A stretch of DNA of 64,000 bases from Eubacteriales bacterium. GTDB lineage: Bacteria; Bacillota; Clostridia; Lachnospirales; Lachnospiraceae. Shown one piece after another: positions 37,801 through 47,776 of the stretch. A program made the translations under genes and the position numbers. The notes beneath the pieces are model-generated. The model saw only the letters and a list, made by a program, of their open reading frames with translations. It made no database searches and was not told the origin of the DNA. Numbering within the stretch: position 1 is the stretch's first letter; each line of letters starts with the position of its first letter. The DNA is taken from positions 987 to 64,986 of the forward strand of contig JBNMLM010000001.1 in NCBI GenBank assembly GCA_050874845.1, given 5' to 3'.

Positions 37801-37955
37801 TCGACATCCTTGGCGCCGTAGGTCTCAAGAAGAGTGTAGAGTTCATCAGACAGAGCTTTCTCTTCTTTTCTGTATTTTTCCAGATTTTCCTTGGTAAGAG
37901 CCAGCACTGCTGCAAAGTGACTTTGCTCAAAATTATTGTCATCGGGTTTAAACAT
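34791..37955 (-). CDS. helD: HelD-like SF1 helicase (RNAP-associated helicase IV class) fused in frame to a Pro/Ala-rich linker and a GH31 N-terminal beta-sandwich-like fragment
   Basis: The N-terminal HelD arm (FFGRIDF...VIDWRAPIANSYY), Walker A GAAGSGKTT and VVIDEAQD. The C-terminal 210 aa align block by block to the N-domain of GH31 enzymes. AAGGAG RBS before the ATG at 37955. Confidence 0.8.
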   Translation of the reverse strand: MFKPDDNNFEQSHFAAVLALTKENLEKYRKEEKALSDELYTLLETYGAKDVEALSMIDNIQVMYERAQHEASRAEKARQKPFFGRIDFVDDKHKSNDTIYIGKVGISRDVTHLEVIDWRAPIANSYYESHIGEVTYSVPREGDFVIDLKKKRTYEIKDDTLLSFFDSDVVANDELLNRYLSQNKKAVLGEIIATIQKEQNNIIRQSPYKSIIVQGAAGSGKTTVAMHRISYILYNYEKDFKPADFYIVGSNKILLNYITSVLPDLDVNGVRQMTMEELFVRLLYEDWDRATQNIAPLVMPSAVYPASLKRGTLTWFRELEAFCNSFERNVIDTRDVILKSNENVLLEHDVCVTLLTSQSIMAFLNENPQLSTQLKIEHLNNRILSRLENELMGKEIQYSPEEKKALTRFYRQYFGPKKWKYSTYDIYSDFLKSQEKKYGTVFPYDAKSPDLYDLAALAYIYKRTKENDPIEEAHHVVIDEAQDFGMMAYMSLHYCMRGCTYTIMGDVAQNIHYEHGLNDWTELTANFLTGEYDSFNLLRKSYRNTVEISHFATDILRHGTFSIYPVEPIIRHGKDVEIAAFADNDELIRNTAAKINAWKEAGYETIAIICPDIDTSRAAAEELAKYTQVNDFDAMEFDTGTMVLPITYTKGLEFDCCILMNPDIDAYPACDANVKLLYVAATRALHELAVYHTGTLTPLIAEPIPDSVRNAVFDAENMQPNRVRKTVTFSSIQPATAVSGEDEQADDSTARTSPVTPDAKRTIPASQMTDLSGKYKAPAARKASPYPAMPYTAPPAAPSKAVDYSNKIMCMSEYSFGSVPKMDVLKQNPNRMAAYPFRAVRREGNSLILDSINATLTLTPYASSMIRVSYHRAGAQIPEAKCIENRKTTDKWKFKDTPDTVLLATSALYLRIDKKNGLISFCDKDKNVLLNEKQPGHILETTKNRSICFFDFDSAQKLYAFGASNRDQLPLNRVARYISFGKSKLKAPCVISDKGYGLAISHDFTVLFNSIPTYGAFIALDEAQYFDYYFFTGSTDEELIKKYDWIRSKNREAE

Positions 37956-38091
37956 GGTAAACTCCTTGTCTTTATACATACTGCCGTAAAATACAACGTG
38001 TTGGGAAGGAGTACTTCCCAACACATATATTACTTTATCATTTTAGATGAATATTTTCAAGGCATTTGCAGGAACAGTATTGACAAAACAA

Positions 38092-39021
38092 TTAAAATTC
38101 AGAGGATGAATCTTCATAGAACAGTTTCACCACGATATTCTGGCTGAAATCTCCGAATGAGGCGCCGAACAACGTGAAGCCGCCGCAGTTAGGTGTATCT
38201 GCCGGAACGGATATGGTGAAATTGATTATCGAGTCATAGTTAAGTGCAAGGTCATTGATGGTTACTGATGACAGCTTGGCGGTTCCGTCCATAAATGTAC
38301 CGGAATGATTGATAACTAATGTTTTTAACAGACCGTACTGGTTGAGCCCGTCCGGCCACCAGTTAGGGCACAGCATACCACGTCTGTTGCCGAAGTCACC
38401 GGGGCTTATCCATTTCCCGAGAGCTTTCCCATTGATGTCAAAATAGATATCACTTGGATAATTGTCATTGTGCTCAGGACACTCAGAGCTTATCTCAAAG
38501 GAAATCTGTATTTCGGACAGGGTCTGGCCGAGCTTTAAACGGTTGGGAAGATTATATGTCACATAACCATATCCGACCCATAATATATCAGCCTTAAAAC
38601 GCTCAGGATATGAAAAAACCTTGGGATTATCGAGGTCGCCGATAAGGTTTCCGGAGGTGGACAGACCACAGGTAGGATGAACATCGTAACTGATATAGTG
38701 TCCTATATCTATCTCATCGGTATAGCATTTGATAGAACCGGCATTTGGAACCATGTCTATGATAAGTCGTTCATAGCGTGGACGTACTATTTTCATAATA
38801 CCCCTCTTACCGGAGGTCACCTGAACGGAGACAAGACCGGCAGCCTCAAGCTTGCCGACATGCATAGATATAGCACTGTTGGTAAGACCAAGAGTTTCCG
38901 CAAGGTCATTCATGCTCAGATGATCATTTTGATAGATAAGTTTCATAATCTGAAGTCTCATAGGGGTGCTGAGTGCCTTAAAGACTTCTTCGGCTTCGTT
39001 TAGTGATTTAATATAGTACAT
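38092..39021 (-). CDS. ArsR-family HTH regulator with a ~210-aa uncharacterised C-terminal domain
   Basis: N-terminal ArsR wHTH (FKALSTPMRLQIMKLIY...MNDLAETLGLTNSAISMHVGKLEAAGLV), divergent from the GH51 gene. Confidence 0.8.
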   Translation of the reverse strand: MYYIKSLNEAEEVFKALSTPMRLQIMKLIYQNDHLSMNDLAETLGLTNSAISMHVGKLEAAGLVSVQVTSGKRGIMKIVRPRYERLIIDMVPNAGSIKCYTDEIDIGHYISYDVHPTCGLSTSGNLIGDLDNPKVFSYPERFKADILWVGYGYVTYNLPNRLKLGQTLSEIQISFEISSECPEHNDNYPSDIYFDINGKALGKWISPGDFGNRRGMLCPNWWPDGLNQYGLLKTLVINHSGTFMDGTAKLSSVTINDLALNYDSIINFTISVPADTPNCGGFTLFGASFGDFSQNIVVKLFYEDSSSEF

Positions 39022-39135
39022 ATCAGCAGGTCTCCTTAGGTTGGTAATTATGCATGGTTTGATTTATAAAGTGAAATGTTTAATTTTTCTTTTAAGTATA
39101 AAATGTTTAAAAGAAATAGTCAATAAGAAAATACA

Positions 39136-39154
39136 TTTGTGCAAAATGCACAAA
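39136..39154. promoter_or_regulatory. Palindromic operator candidate in the ArsR-like/GH51 divergent region
   Basis: TTTGTGCA-AAA-TGCACAAA, with 8-bp perfect arms. Confidence 0.45.
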
Positions 39155-39367
39155 AAATGAGCAAATCTTTCTCTATCGGATTAAGCAATTAAGTATTGAA
39201 TTATACAATAAAAAGAGCTATGTTTATATTAACATTTCACCGAAAATAGAATAGGTTAAGCAAAAAGTGAAATATAAACTACGAAATCGTTTTAAGACTT
39301 GTTCTGTTTTACTGAAAAATAAAATTTATGTAAATTTAATAAAAAAATTTAAAAAGGAGGACGAAAA

Positions 39368-40873
39368 ATGAGCAAGTTGTACATAAACCCTAAGAACAAA
39401 AAGGGTCATATCAATCCGGAGATTCAGGGACATTTTTCGGAGCATTTGGGAAGATGTATTTACGAGGGAATTTTTGTCGGAAAGGATTCTTCCATTCCTA
39501 ATGTGAACGGAATGAGAACAGACGTTGTGGAGGCATTAAAGGACATACAGATTCCTGTTCTCAGATGGCCGGGCGGCTGCTTTGCAGACGAGTACCACTG
39601 GAAGGACGGCATAGGACCTGTTGAGGGCAGAAAGAAGATGATAAACACCCACTGGGGCGGTGTTGTAGAGGACAACAGCTTCGGAACACATGAGTTCATG
39701 GAGCTTTGCAGACAGCTTGGCTGTAAGACATACGTCAACGGCAATGTCGGAAGCGGAACGGTTCAGGAGATGAGCGAATGGGTTGAGTACATGACCTTTG
39801 AGGGTGTATCGCCAATGAGTGATTTGAGAAAGAGGAACGGTTCTGAGAAGCCTTGGACAGTCGACTACTTTGGAGTAGGAAATGAGAACTGGGGCTGCGG
39901 CGGAAACATGACACCTGAGTATTACGGAAATCTCTATAGAAGATACCAGACTTATGTAAGAAACTATCATCCGGATAAGCCTATCTTCAAGGTTGCATGC
40001 GGAGCGAATGTTGACGATTACAACTGGACAGACAAGGTGATGGATACCTGCTTTAAGGCACCGGAGTTCCTTCACGGCTTTATGGATGGCATATCACTTC
40101 ATTACTATACACATCCGGGTGGATGGGATCACAAGGGAAGCGCAACGGATTTCGATGATAAGATGTGGTATCAGACACTTAATAAGACACTCTATATGGA
40201 TGAGCTTATAAAGAATCACGAAGCAATCATGAACAAGTATGACAAGCAGCACAAGGTTGGCATGATTGTGGATGAGTGGGGAACATGGTTCGACTGTGAG
40301 CCGGGAACCAATCCGGGATTCTTGTATCAGCAGAATACAATAAGAGATGCACTCGTTGCAGGAATCAACTTAAACATCTTCAACAAGCACTGTGACAGAG
40401 TTAAGATGGCGAACATTGCACAGATGGTAAATGTTCTTCAGGCAGTTCTCCTCACAGAGGGAGACAAGATGATAAAGACTCCTACATATCATGTATTCTA
40501 TATGTATAAGCACCATCAGGATGCCGAGCTTTTAGACAGCTTCGTTGAGACAGAGCAGATAGGTCTTGAGGAGCAGAACATGGTACCTAACCTTACAGAG
40601 TCGGTATCACTCGGCAAGGACGGAAAGATTCATATTACAATGACCAATCTTTCCATAGACAAGGACTACGAGATTGACGGCTGTGTAGCTGATACCGAGA
40701 TTGCTTCTGCAAGCGGCGAGATTGTCGGAGGAGAGATTCACCTTCACAATACATTCGATAAGCCTGAGGAGGTAACTGTAAGACCATTTAATGATATAGA
40801 GGTAAACGGCAACAGAATTAAGTTCTCAATTCCGGCAAGCAGTGTACTTCATCTGGAATTGAACATCAGATAA
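39368..40873 (+). CDS. abfA: Alpha-L-arabinofuranosidase, GH51
   Basis: GH51 blocks [29 protein letters not shown] (acid/base Glu) and IVDEWGTW (nucleophile Glu). About 500 aa with no signal peptide. Confidence 0.9.
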   Translation: MSKLYINPKNKKGHINPEIQGHFSEHLGRCIYEGIFVGKDSSIPNVNGMRTDVVEALKDIQIPVLRWPGGCFADEYHWKDGIGPVEGRKKMINTHWGGVVEDNSFGTHEFMELCRQLGCKTYVNGNVGSGTVQEMSEWVEYMTFEGVSPMSDLRKRNGSEKPWTVDYFGVGNENWGCGGNMTPEYYGNLYRRYQTYVRNYHPDKPIFKVACGANVDDYNWTDKVMDTCFKAPEFLHGFMDGISLHYYTHPGGWDHKGSATDFDDKMWYQTLNKTLYMDELIKNHEAIMNKYDKQHKVGMIVDEWGTWFDCEPGTNPGFLYQQNTIRDALVAGINLNIFNKHCDRVKMANIAQMVNVLQAVLLTEGDKMIKTPTYHVFYMYKHHQDAELLDSFVETEQIGLEEQNMVPNLTESVSLGKDGKIHITMTNLSIDKDYEIDGCVADTEIASASGEIVGGEIHLHNTFDKPEEVTVRPFNDIEVNGNRIKFSIPASSVLHLELNIR

Positions 40874-40889
40874 GCGTAGGAGTGTTTAT

Positions 40890-43865
40890 ATGATTCGAAA
40901 AGGTATTAAGAGAATCACATCACTTGCACTTATTACTTCCATGATAGCCTGCACATTCCCATACGCGTCCGTGCCTGTATATGCACAGACGCAGATGGCT
41001 GAGCAGCCTGTGGCAGTTGTGACAACAACTCAGGACGCAGCGCAGGAGAGCAGACTTACAACCAATTATTCCACGGTGAGCAAGGGCTATAAGGAAGCGG
41101 TATATACAGGTGATGATATTGTCTATAAGATAAGCGAGGCTGTCGCTAAGGCGGACAGAACCTTTCTTACCAATGATAATTATGAATATGTTAATGACGT
41201 ACTTGCTGTGAAGGCAGGTGACACCGTGACACTCACTATTGATGTTCCGGTATCCGGAAGATATGTTATGAGCTTCGATTATCTTTCCTACGATGAGTCG
41301 ATTCTTCCTGTTGAGATGGGAATGAAGATAGACGGAAGCTATCCTTTTTATGAAGCAAGAAGCATGAAGTTCGAGACGACATGGGTTTCGGATGGAGTGG
41401 ATGTCGACAGATACGGCAACGAGATAGTCTCTCTTCCTGATAAGCTTATCAGATGGGAACACAAGGAGGTAATGGATGCCAGCTACAGGTATTCAGACCC
41501 ATTGCTGGTTGAGCTTACAGCGGGCGTTCACGAGCTTGAACTGAATATTCAGGAGGGAACGCTTCTTCTTGGAAATATAAGTCTTGAGGCTCCGAGCGGT
41601 GTCGCTGAGTATGCAGGTTCAACAAAGGCTGAGGGCAACGCGCTCATAACAATAGAGGCTGAGGACTTCTATCAGAGGAATGATTCATCAATCCATGCGA
41701 TAGGTGAGTACGGTTCAAGCCTTTCACCATTGTCTACAACAACCACGGTTCTCAATATCATTGATGAGGATTCCTTCAATGAGGCAGGACAGACGGTAAG
41801 CTATAAGTTCCATGTGGACAATGCGGGCTATTATTACATAGGAATGAACTACCGCCAGTCTGAGAAAAATGATTTTCCTGTCTTTGTCGACTGGAAAATA
41901 GACGGTGAGATTCCTAACAGCGCATTTAAGTCATATCAGGTTGAGGCGGCTAACAAGTTCAAGACGGTCACGCTCACAGATGACAATGCTGATAAGCTTA
42001 GCGTATACCTTGAACCGGGTGACCACACAATCTCACTTACGATAAGCGCAGACAATCTCAGATATGCGCTTGAAGCTGTAGATGAGATTATGAGCGGAAT
42101 AAGCGACCTGTCACTTGAGGTAACCAAGGTCGCCGGAACCAACAAGGATAAGTACAGGGACCTTAAGCTCACAAGATATATTCCGGATGTTCAGGACAGA
42201 CTGCTTGGATGGGTTGATGAGCTCTACAGTCTTGCAGAGCAGGCACAGCCTTATGTCAACGCTAAGAGCCCGGATAAGGTGGCAGCGTTCTCATATCTGC
42301 TTATAGCAGCCAATCAGCTTAAGAGCCTTGCAGAGAAACCGAATGAGCTGGTCTACAGAGTTGATGAGCTGTCGACGAGCGTCAATTCAATAAATACACA
42401 GATTGCGAATTTCGTGGATCTTATAAATGATAATGACCTTTCGATTGACAGAATCTACATATATCAGGAGGGAGCCAAGCTCCCTAAGGGACAGAATATT
42501 TTCCAGTCGATAGGCACATCATTAAAGAGATTCGGCTATTCGTTCATGGGACAGTCGTACTCAGCGAGCAACACCGATGAGTCACACATACAGGTGTGGG
42601 TGAACAGACCGAGAACCTACGTTGAGATCATGCAGAAGATGATTGACGAGAAGTTCACGCCGGAGACCGGAATAGAGGTTGATTTATCAATCATGACGGA
42701 TGCACAGAAGCTTATCCTTTCCAATGCTTCAGGTGATACCCCGGACATAGCGACCGGAATCAACTATTCAATACCGTTTGACCTTGCGATAAGAGGTTCG
42801 CTTGTTGATTTATCGAAGTTTGATAATTACAAGGAAGTGTTCGGAAGATACAGCGAGGGACTTTTAGTTCCGTCCGTTGTGGGTGACGGACTTTACTCAC
42901 TGCCTGAGACGATGAATTTCTATGTAATGTTTTACAGGACAGACATTTTAAGCAAGTTAGGACTTTCGGTTCCAAACACGATGGATGAACTCATTGCGAT
43001 GCTGCCTGATCTGCAGATGAGGGGACTCAATGTGTACTATCCGACAGCGGCTATGCTTGTGATGAGAAACTTCCATGGAACAACACCGATTATTTATCAG
43101 ATGGACGGAGCACTCTATGGTGACACTGCACTTGACATATTGGTTGACAGTGAAGCCACGGTTGAAGGTTTTACGGAGCTTACAGAGTTATTCACACTTT
43201 ATGACCTTCCTGTTGATGTACCTAACTTCTACCAGCACTTCAGAAACGGAGATTTGCCTATAGGAATAGCTGATTTCAATTCATACAACCTGATACTTAA
43301 TGCCGCACCTGAGATTGCAAACTCATGGAGCATTGCACTTGTGCCGGGTATTGAGGATGAGGAGACCGGTGAAGTGAAGAGGTATATGTCCGGAGGTGCC
43401 GAGAGTACTGTAATGTTCTCATCGGATGATGAGAGAGAGCAGAAGGCATGGCAGTTCATGGAGTGGTGGTCAAGGGCAGATATTCAGGCAGAATTCGGAC
43501 AGCGGCTTCAGATTCTGTACGGAGACGAGTATATATGGCCTACAGCCAACCTTGAAGCGTTCGAGATGCTTCCTTATCCGACATCGGATAAAGATGTAAT
43601 ACTCACACAGGCTCAGTACATCTTAGAGACACCAAGACTTCTTGGAAGCTACATGATGGAGCGAGAGCTGAGCAACGCATTCAATGATGTGGTAGTAAAC
43701 GGTGATACGGTTCGTTCAAGAATTGATGAGGTAGCCAAGACAGTATTAAGAGAGACAGAGAGAAAGCTTGAAGAATTCGGCTATATCGATTCGGACGGAA
43801 ATGTGCTTAAGGAGTACGAAGTACCTTCCGTTGAAAAGGTGCTTGAGATTCTTAACAGAGAATAA
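40890..43865 (+). CDS. Giant (991 aa) extracellular solute-binding lipoprotein: N-terminal CBM-like beta-sandwich repeats + helical region + C-terminal family-1 SBP domain
   Basis: Signal/lipobox (SMIAC), CBM6/35-like segments (ITIEAEDFYQRND...) and a C-terminal SBP_bac_1-like region. It is followed by two CUT1 permeases. Confidence 0.75.
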   Translation: MIRKGIKRITSLALITSMIACTFPYASVPVYAQTQMAEQPVAVVTTTQDAAQESRLTTNYSTVSKGYKEAVYTGDDIVYKISEAVAKADRTFLTNDNYEYVNDVLAVKAGDTVTLTIDVPVSGRYVMSFDYLSYDESILPVEMGMKIDGSYPFYEARSMKFETTWVSDGVDVDRYGNEIVSLPDKLIRWEHKEVMDASYRYSDPLLVELTAGVHELELNIQEGTLLLGNISLEAPSGVAEYAGSTKAEGNALITIEAEDFYQRNDSSIHAIGEYGSSLSPLSTTTTVLNIIDEDSFNEAGQTVSYKFHVDNAGYYYIGMNYRQSEKNDFPVFVDWKIDGEIPNSAFKSYQVEAANKFKTVTLTDDNADKLSVYLEPGDHTISLTISADNLRYALEAVDEIMSGISDLSLEVTKVAGTNKDKYRDLKLTRYIPDVQDRLLGWVDELYSLAEQAQPYVNAKSPDKVAAFSYLLIAANQLKSLAEKPNELVYRVDELSTSVNSINTQIANFVDLINDNDLSIDRIYIYQEGAKLPKGQNIFQSIGTSLKRFGYSFMGQSYSASNTDESHIQVWVNRPRTYVEIMQKMIDEKFTPETGIEVDLSIMTDAQKLILSNASGDTPDIATGINYSIPFDLAIRGSLVDLSKFDNYKEVFGRYSEGLLVPSVVGDGLYSLPETMNFYVMFYRTDILSKLGLSVPNTMDELIAMLPDLQMRGLNVYYPTAAMLVMRNFHGTTPIIYQMDGALYGDTALDILVDSEATVEGFTELTELFTLYDLPVDVPNFYQHFRNGDLPIGIADFNSYNLILNAAPEIANSWSIALVPGIEDEETGEVKRYMSGGAESTVMFSSDDEREQKAWQFMEWWSRADIQAEFGQRLQILYGDEYIWPTANLEAFEMLPYPTSDKDVILTQAQYILETPRLLGSYMMERELSNAFNDVVVNGDTVRSRIDEVAKTVLRETERKLEEFGYIDSDGNVLKEYEVPSVEKVLEILNRE

Positions 43866-43877
43866 GGAAATAATAGT

Positions 43878-44804
43878 ATGGCTAATAAAACTAAAATTGC
43901 AAAGAAATCAAAAATAGGAAAGAAGTCGATAAGCAACAAGGCAGGATATGCATTTGTATTTCCTTATGCGGCGGTGTTTACGGTATTCATACTTGCTCCT
44001 GTTATAATGGCTGTTATTCTTTCCTTCACTAATTTTAATGCCATCCAGAAACCTAAATTTGTCGGTTTCCTAAATTACATCAATCTTATAACAAGTGATG
44101 ATGTATTTATGAAGTATGTTATTCCGAATACAGTCAAATATGCGCTTATTGTAGGTGTTGGTGGTTATGTCCTTGCCTTCTTGTTAGCCTTCGGACTTGC
44201 CAACCTGCCAAAGATACCTAGAACAATATTTGCACTTATCCTGTATTCGCCGAGCATGACAACGGGTGTTGCGATGGCAGTGCTCTGGAAGATAATGTTC
44301 ACCGGCGACCAGACCGGATATCTTAACAGCTGGCTGATGGAGATAGGAATTATAAATGAACCTATAATATGGCTCGTAAATACCAATTACCTGCTGCCGA
44401 TTGTTATTATCATAGGTTTGTGGAGCAGCATGGGAGTCGGATTCCTGTCCATACTTGCCGGTCTTTTAAATGTCGATGAAGCGCTGTATGAAGCAGCGGC
44501 AATCGACGGTGTTAAGAACAGATTTCAGGAAATGTTATATGTAACGATACCAAGCATGAAGCCACAGATGCTTTTCGCAGCGGTAATGCAGATTGTTGGA
44601 GCTTTCCAGAATGGTACAATTGCAACATTGCTTGCGGGAAATCCTACACCGGGATATTCGGCACAGCTTATTGTAAACCATGTTGAGGATTACGGATTTA
44701 TCCGATACGAGATGGGCTATGCGGCGGCAGTATCGGTTGTACTTCTTCTCATAGTACAGATATTCTCAGTGGTGGCAAACAGATTGTTCGGTGAACGTGA
44801 TTAG
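43878..44804 (+). CDS. CUT1 sugar ABC permease (MalF/LplB-like)
   Basis: 6-TM BPD-transporter fold with an EAA loop ([21 protein letters not shown]). Confidence 0.9.
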   Translation: MANKTKIAKKSKIGKKSISNKAGYAFVFPYAAVFTVFILAPVIMAVILSFTNFNAIQKPKFVGFLNYINLITSDDVFMKYVIPNTVKYALIVGVGGYVLAFLLAFGLANLPKIPRTIFALILYSPSMTTGVAMAVLWKIMFTGDQTGYLNSWLMEIGIINEPIIWLVNTNYLLPIVIIIGLWSSMGVGFLSILAGLLNVDEALYEAAAIDGVKNRFQEMLYVTIPSMKPQMLFAAVMQIVGAFQNGTIATLLAGNPTPGYSAQLIVNHVEDYGFIRYEMGYAAAVSVVLLLIVQIFSVVANRLFGERD

Positions 44805-44821
44805 GAAGGGAGGAAAAGATT

Positions 44822-45700
44822 ATGGCGGCTTATAGTGGTCACAAGATGAACCCTGATAAGTTTGAAAAGGGTCAGATAAAAATATACCTTTTGGTTCTGC
44901 CGATGGTATTGCTTTGTGGATTGCCTATTGTATTTATTATATTCCATGCGTTTAAACCTATGGAAGAGCTGTTCGCATTCCCGCCTAAGTTTATAACAAC
45001 ACATCCGACACTTGATAATTTTTCCAAGCTTATAAAGGCGTCGAGGACGGGAAGCAATCCTCTCAGCAAGTATGTGTTCAACAGCATACTTGTGACGGTG
45101 GCGGTAGTTGCAGGCTCGCTTTTATTCTCAACAATGGCGGCTTACGCATTGTCGAAGATGAAGTTCAAGGGAGCCAAAACCATGATGAACATTAACCAGA
45201 TAGCGCTCATGTTCGTATCCTGCGCGGTTATGATTCCGAGGTATCTGGTTGTAAACAAGCTTCACATGATTGATACATATTGGGCAGAGATTCTTCCTCT
45301 TATAGCACTTCCGGTTGGTCTGTTTCTTATAAAACAGTTCGTTGACCAGGTTCCGGATTCGCTCATAGAGGCGGCATATATGGATGGAGCGTCTGAGTGG
45401 ACAATATACAGAAAGGTAGTAATTCCGCTCACCAAGCCGGCGATTGCGACGGCTGCGATTCTTGTATTCCAGCAGGTATGGGCTAATCTTGAGACATCCA
45501 ATTATTACATCAATAATGATTCTCTCAAGAACCTTGCATTTTATATGAATACACTTACCAGTGCCTCTACAAGCAACACCGTAGCAGGACAGGGTATGGC
45601 GGCAGCGGCTTCACTCATTATGTTCCTGCCGAACCTCATTTTGTTCTGTATTTTACAGAATAACGTAATGAACACAATGGCACATTCAGGAATCAAGTAA
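44822..45700 (+). CDS. CUT1 sugar ABC permease (MalG/LplC-like)
   Basis: EAA loop EAAYMDGASEWTIYRKVVIPL. Confidence 0.9.
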   Translation: MAAYSGHKMNPDKFEKGQIKIYLLVLPMVLLCGLPIVFIIFHAFKPMEELFAFPPKFITTHPTLDNFSKLIKASRTGSNPLSKYVFNSILVTVAVVAGSLLFSTMAAYALSKMKFKGAKTMMNINQIALMFVSCAVMIPRYLVVNKLHMIDTYWAEILPLIALPVGLFLIKQFVDQVPDSLIEAAYMDGASEWTIYRKVVIPLTKPAIATAAILVFQQVWANLETSNYYINNDSLKNLAFYMNTLTSASTSNTVAGQGMAAAASLIMFLPNLILFCILQNNVMNTMAHSGIK

Positions 45701-45712
45701 CTTAAGAGAGGT

Positions 45713-47776
45713 ATGAACGTGAATAAAAAGTATATTAAAAAAATCATAGCTTTTGCCGTACCTCTGCTTCTTGCCTGTGTGATTCTGGTATCCTCAACAC
45801 TTGAAACGTATGCGGATGCGCCGTACAAGACGTACACTGTTGACGGATATGGAAGCATGACCGAGACACAGACAGCGTATCTCCCTTTTAAGACAATAAC
45901 AAAAATCGGGGAGGAGACGCTTGTAAATCCTACTGATTTCACACTGCTTGAGGACGGTTATATGTATGTTCTTGACAGCGGTAACAAGAGGGTTGTTGTA
46001 TCCGACGCGGATAATGAGCTGGTGATGACCTTCGGAGAAGGAATTTTACAGGGACCGCGAGGAATATATGTAACACCTGAGCACATCACCTACATCGCTG
46101 ACAGAGATGCTAAGAGCGTATTCGTGTTCGACGGCGACGGAGAACTTGTAAATACATACACCAAGCCGACAGCGGCGATGTACGGGGAGACACTTGATTT
46201 CCTCCCGCTCAAAATTGTGGTGAACAGTTCAGGTGTAATGTATGTGATATGTGAGTCAAACACCAACGGTATGGTTGAGATAAGCCCTGTTGATGGAGGA
46301 ACCTTCTTAGGATATTTCGGTACCAACGCAACCAAGGCTAATCTATTGACGATTCTCTGGAGAGCGGTTCTCACGGACGCACAGAGAGCGAAGATGCAGT
46401 CTAACATACCTGCAACTCCGGACAATATGGCGATAGATGAGAAGGGTGTTATATACACAATAACAAGAGGTGAACACAATGACACCTTAAAGAGGCTCAA
46501 CATCGCAGGTGTCAACATGATCGAGACCAGCGAATATCCGGATGTTCCGGCAGCAGTTGCAGTTGGAAATCATGATAACACATTCGTTGCGACACAGACG
46601 GGTTTCATCTATGAGTATAACAACGAAGGCGATCTACTCTTCATATTCGGCGGAAGCGATGACGGAAAACAGAGAATCGGTCTTTCAACGAAGGTTGAAG
46701 CTATTCAAGTGGGAACGGATGATAAGCTCTATGTGCTTGATTCGGATAAGGCACAGATTCAGGTGTATGAACCGACAGAGTTTACCAAGTATCTGCATGA
46801 AGCACTTTACCTGTTCTCCAAGGGACGTTATGAGGAGAGCAAGGAGCCTCTTGGCAAGGTGCTTGAGATGAATAATCTCTTTACCTACGCTAATATGGCG
46901 ATGGGTAAGGCTCTCTACAAGGAAGGTGACTATGAGGGAGCATTAAAGTATGCCAGACTTTCAAAGGACATGGAGAACTACTCAGATTCTTTCTGGGAGA
47001 TAAGAAATGTATGGCTCAAGCACAATCTCACAGCGGTGGTGCTTATACTGATTGGCATATTTGCTGCATTGAAGATACTTAAGCTGCTTGATAGGAAGAA
47101 GGGAATATTCAATGCTCCGAGAAAAGCACTTAAGAAGCTTGGAGATAAGAAGCTCATAAGAGAATTAAAGTATGTGTTTACCTTTATGAGACACCCTATA
47201 GACGGCTGTTATGGAATAAGATTTGAGAATAAGGTTTCCATTGCAAGTACGAATATACTGCTTGTCATTATGATGGTATTCTACATAATCAACAGATATT
47301 TTTGCGGCTTCCTTACCAAGACAGTGCGTGAGGGCAGCTACGATATCTTATCAGATATCGGAATGATACTTGTGGCACTCGTACTCGTTGTAAGCTGTAA
47401 TTACCTTATGTGTACGATCAATGAGGGCGAGGGTAAGTTCAGACACATATACAGTTCACTGGTATACAGCTTCGGACCTTATGCAGTGCTGACGCCGATT
47501 ATATTCCTTTTGTCACATGTGGTGACCAACAACGAAATATTCTTCGTGCAGTTCGGAAGCCTGTGCATGACAGTATGGATAATTGTACTGATTTTCATTT
47601 CCATAAGAGAGATTAACAATTATACGGTCAAGGAGACATTCAAGATTATATTCCTTACAATATTTACTATTTTGATTGTTTGTCTACTCATATTCATTAT
47701 CTATGTATTATGGTCGCAGGTATTCGACTTCATACAGTCGATTGCAGGAGAGGTGGTGTATCGAATTGGCTCATAA
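45713..47776 (+). CDS. Secreted NHL-type beta-propeller + TPR + C-terminal Yip1-like multi-TM membrane protein; function unknown
   Basis: Signal peptide, repeated blades (VLDSGNKRVVV, IADRDAKSVFVFD, VLDSDKAQIQVYE), TPR-like KALYKEGDYEGALKYA, then 5 TM helices. Confidence 0.65.
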   Translation: MNVNKKYIKKIIAFAVPLLLACVILVSSTLETYADAPYKTYTVDGYGSMTETQTAYLPFKTITKIGEETLVNPTDFTLLEDGYMYVLDSGNKRVVVSDADNELVMTFGEGILQGPRGIYVTPEHITYIADRDAKSVFVFDGDGELVNTYTKPTAAMYGETLDFLPLKIVVNSSGVMYVICESNTNGMVEISPVDGGTFLGYFGTNATKANLLTILWRAVLTDAQRAKMQSNIPATPDNMAIDEKGVIYTITRGEHNDTLKRLNIAGVNMIETSEYPDVPAAVAVGNHDNTFVATQTGFIYEYNNEGDLLFIFGGSDDGKQRIGLSTKVEAIQVGTDDKLYVLDSDKAQIQVYEPTEFTKYLHEALYLFSKGRYEESKEPLGKVLEMNNLFTYANMAMGKALYKEGDYEGALKYARLSKDMENYSDSFWEIRNVWLKHNLTAVVLILIGIFAALKILKLLDRKKGIFNAPRKALKKLGDKKLIRELKYVFTFMRHPIDGCYGIRFENKVSIASTNILLVIMMVFYIINRYFCGFLTKTVREGSYDILSDIGMILVALVLVVSCNYLMCTINEGEGKFRHIYSSLVYSFGPYAVLTPIIFLLSHVVTNNEIFFVQFGSLCMTVWIIVLIFISIREINNYTVKETFKIIFLTIFTILIVCLLIFIIYVLWSQVFDFIQSIAGEVVYRIGS

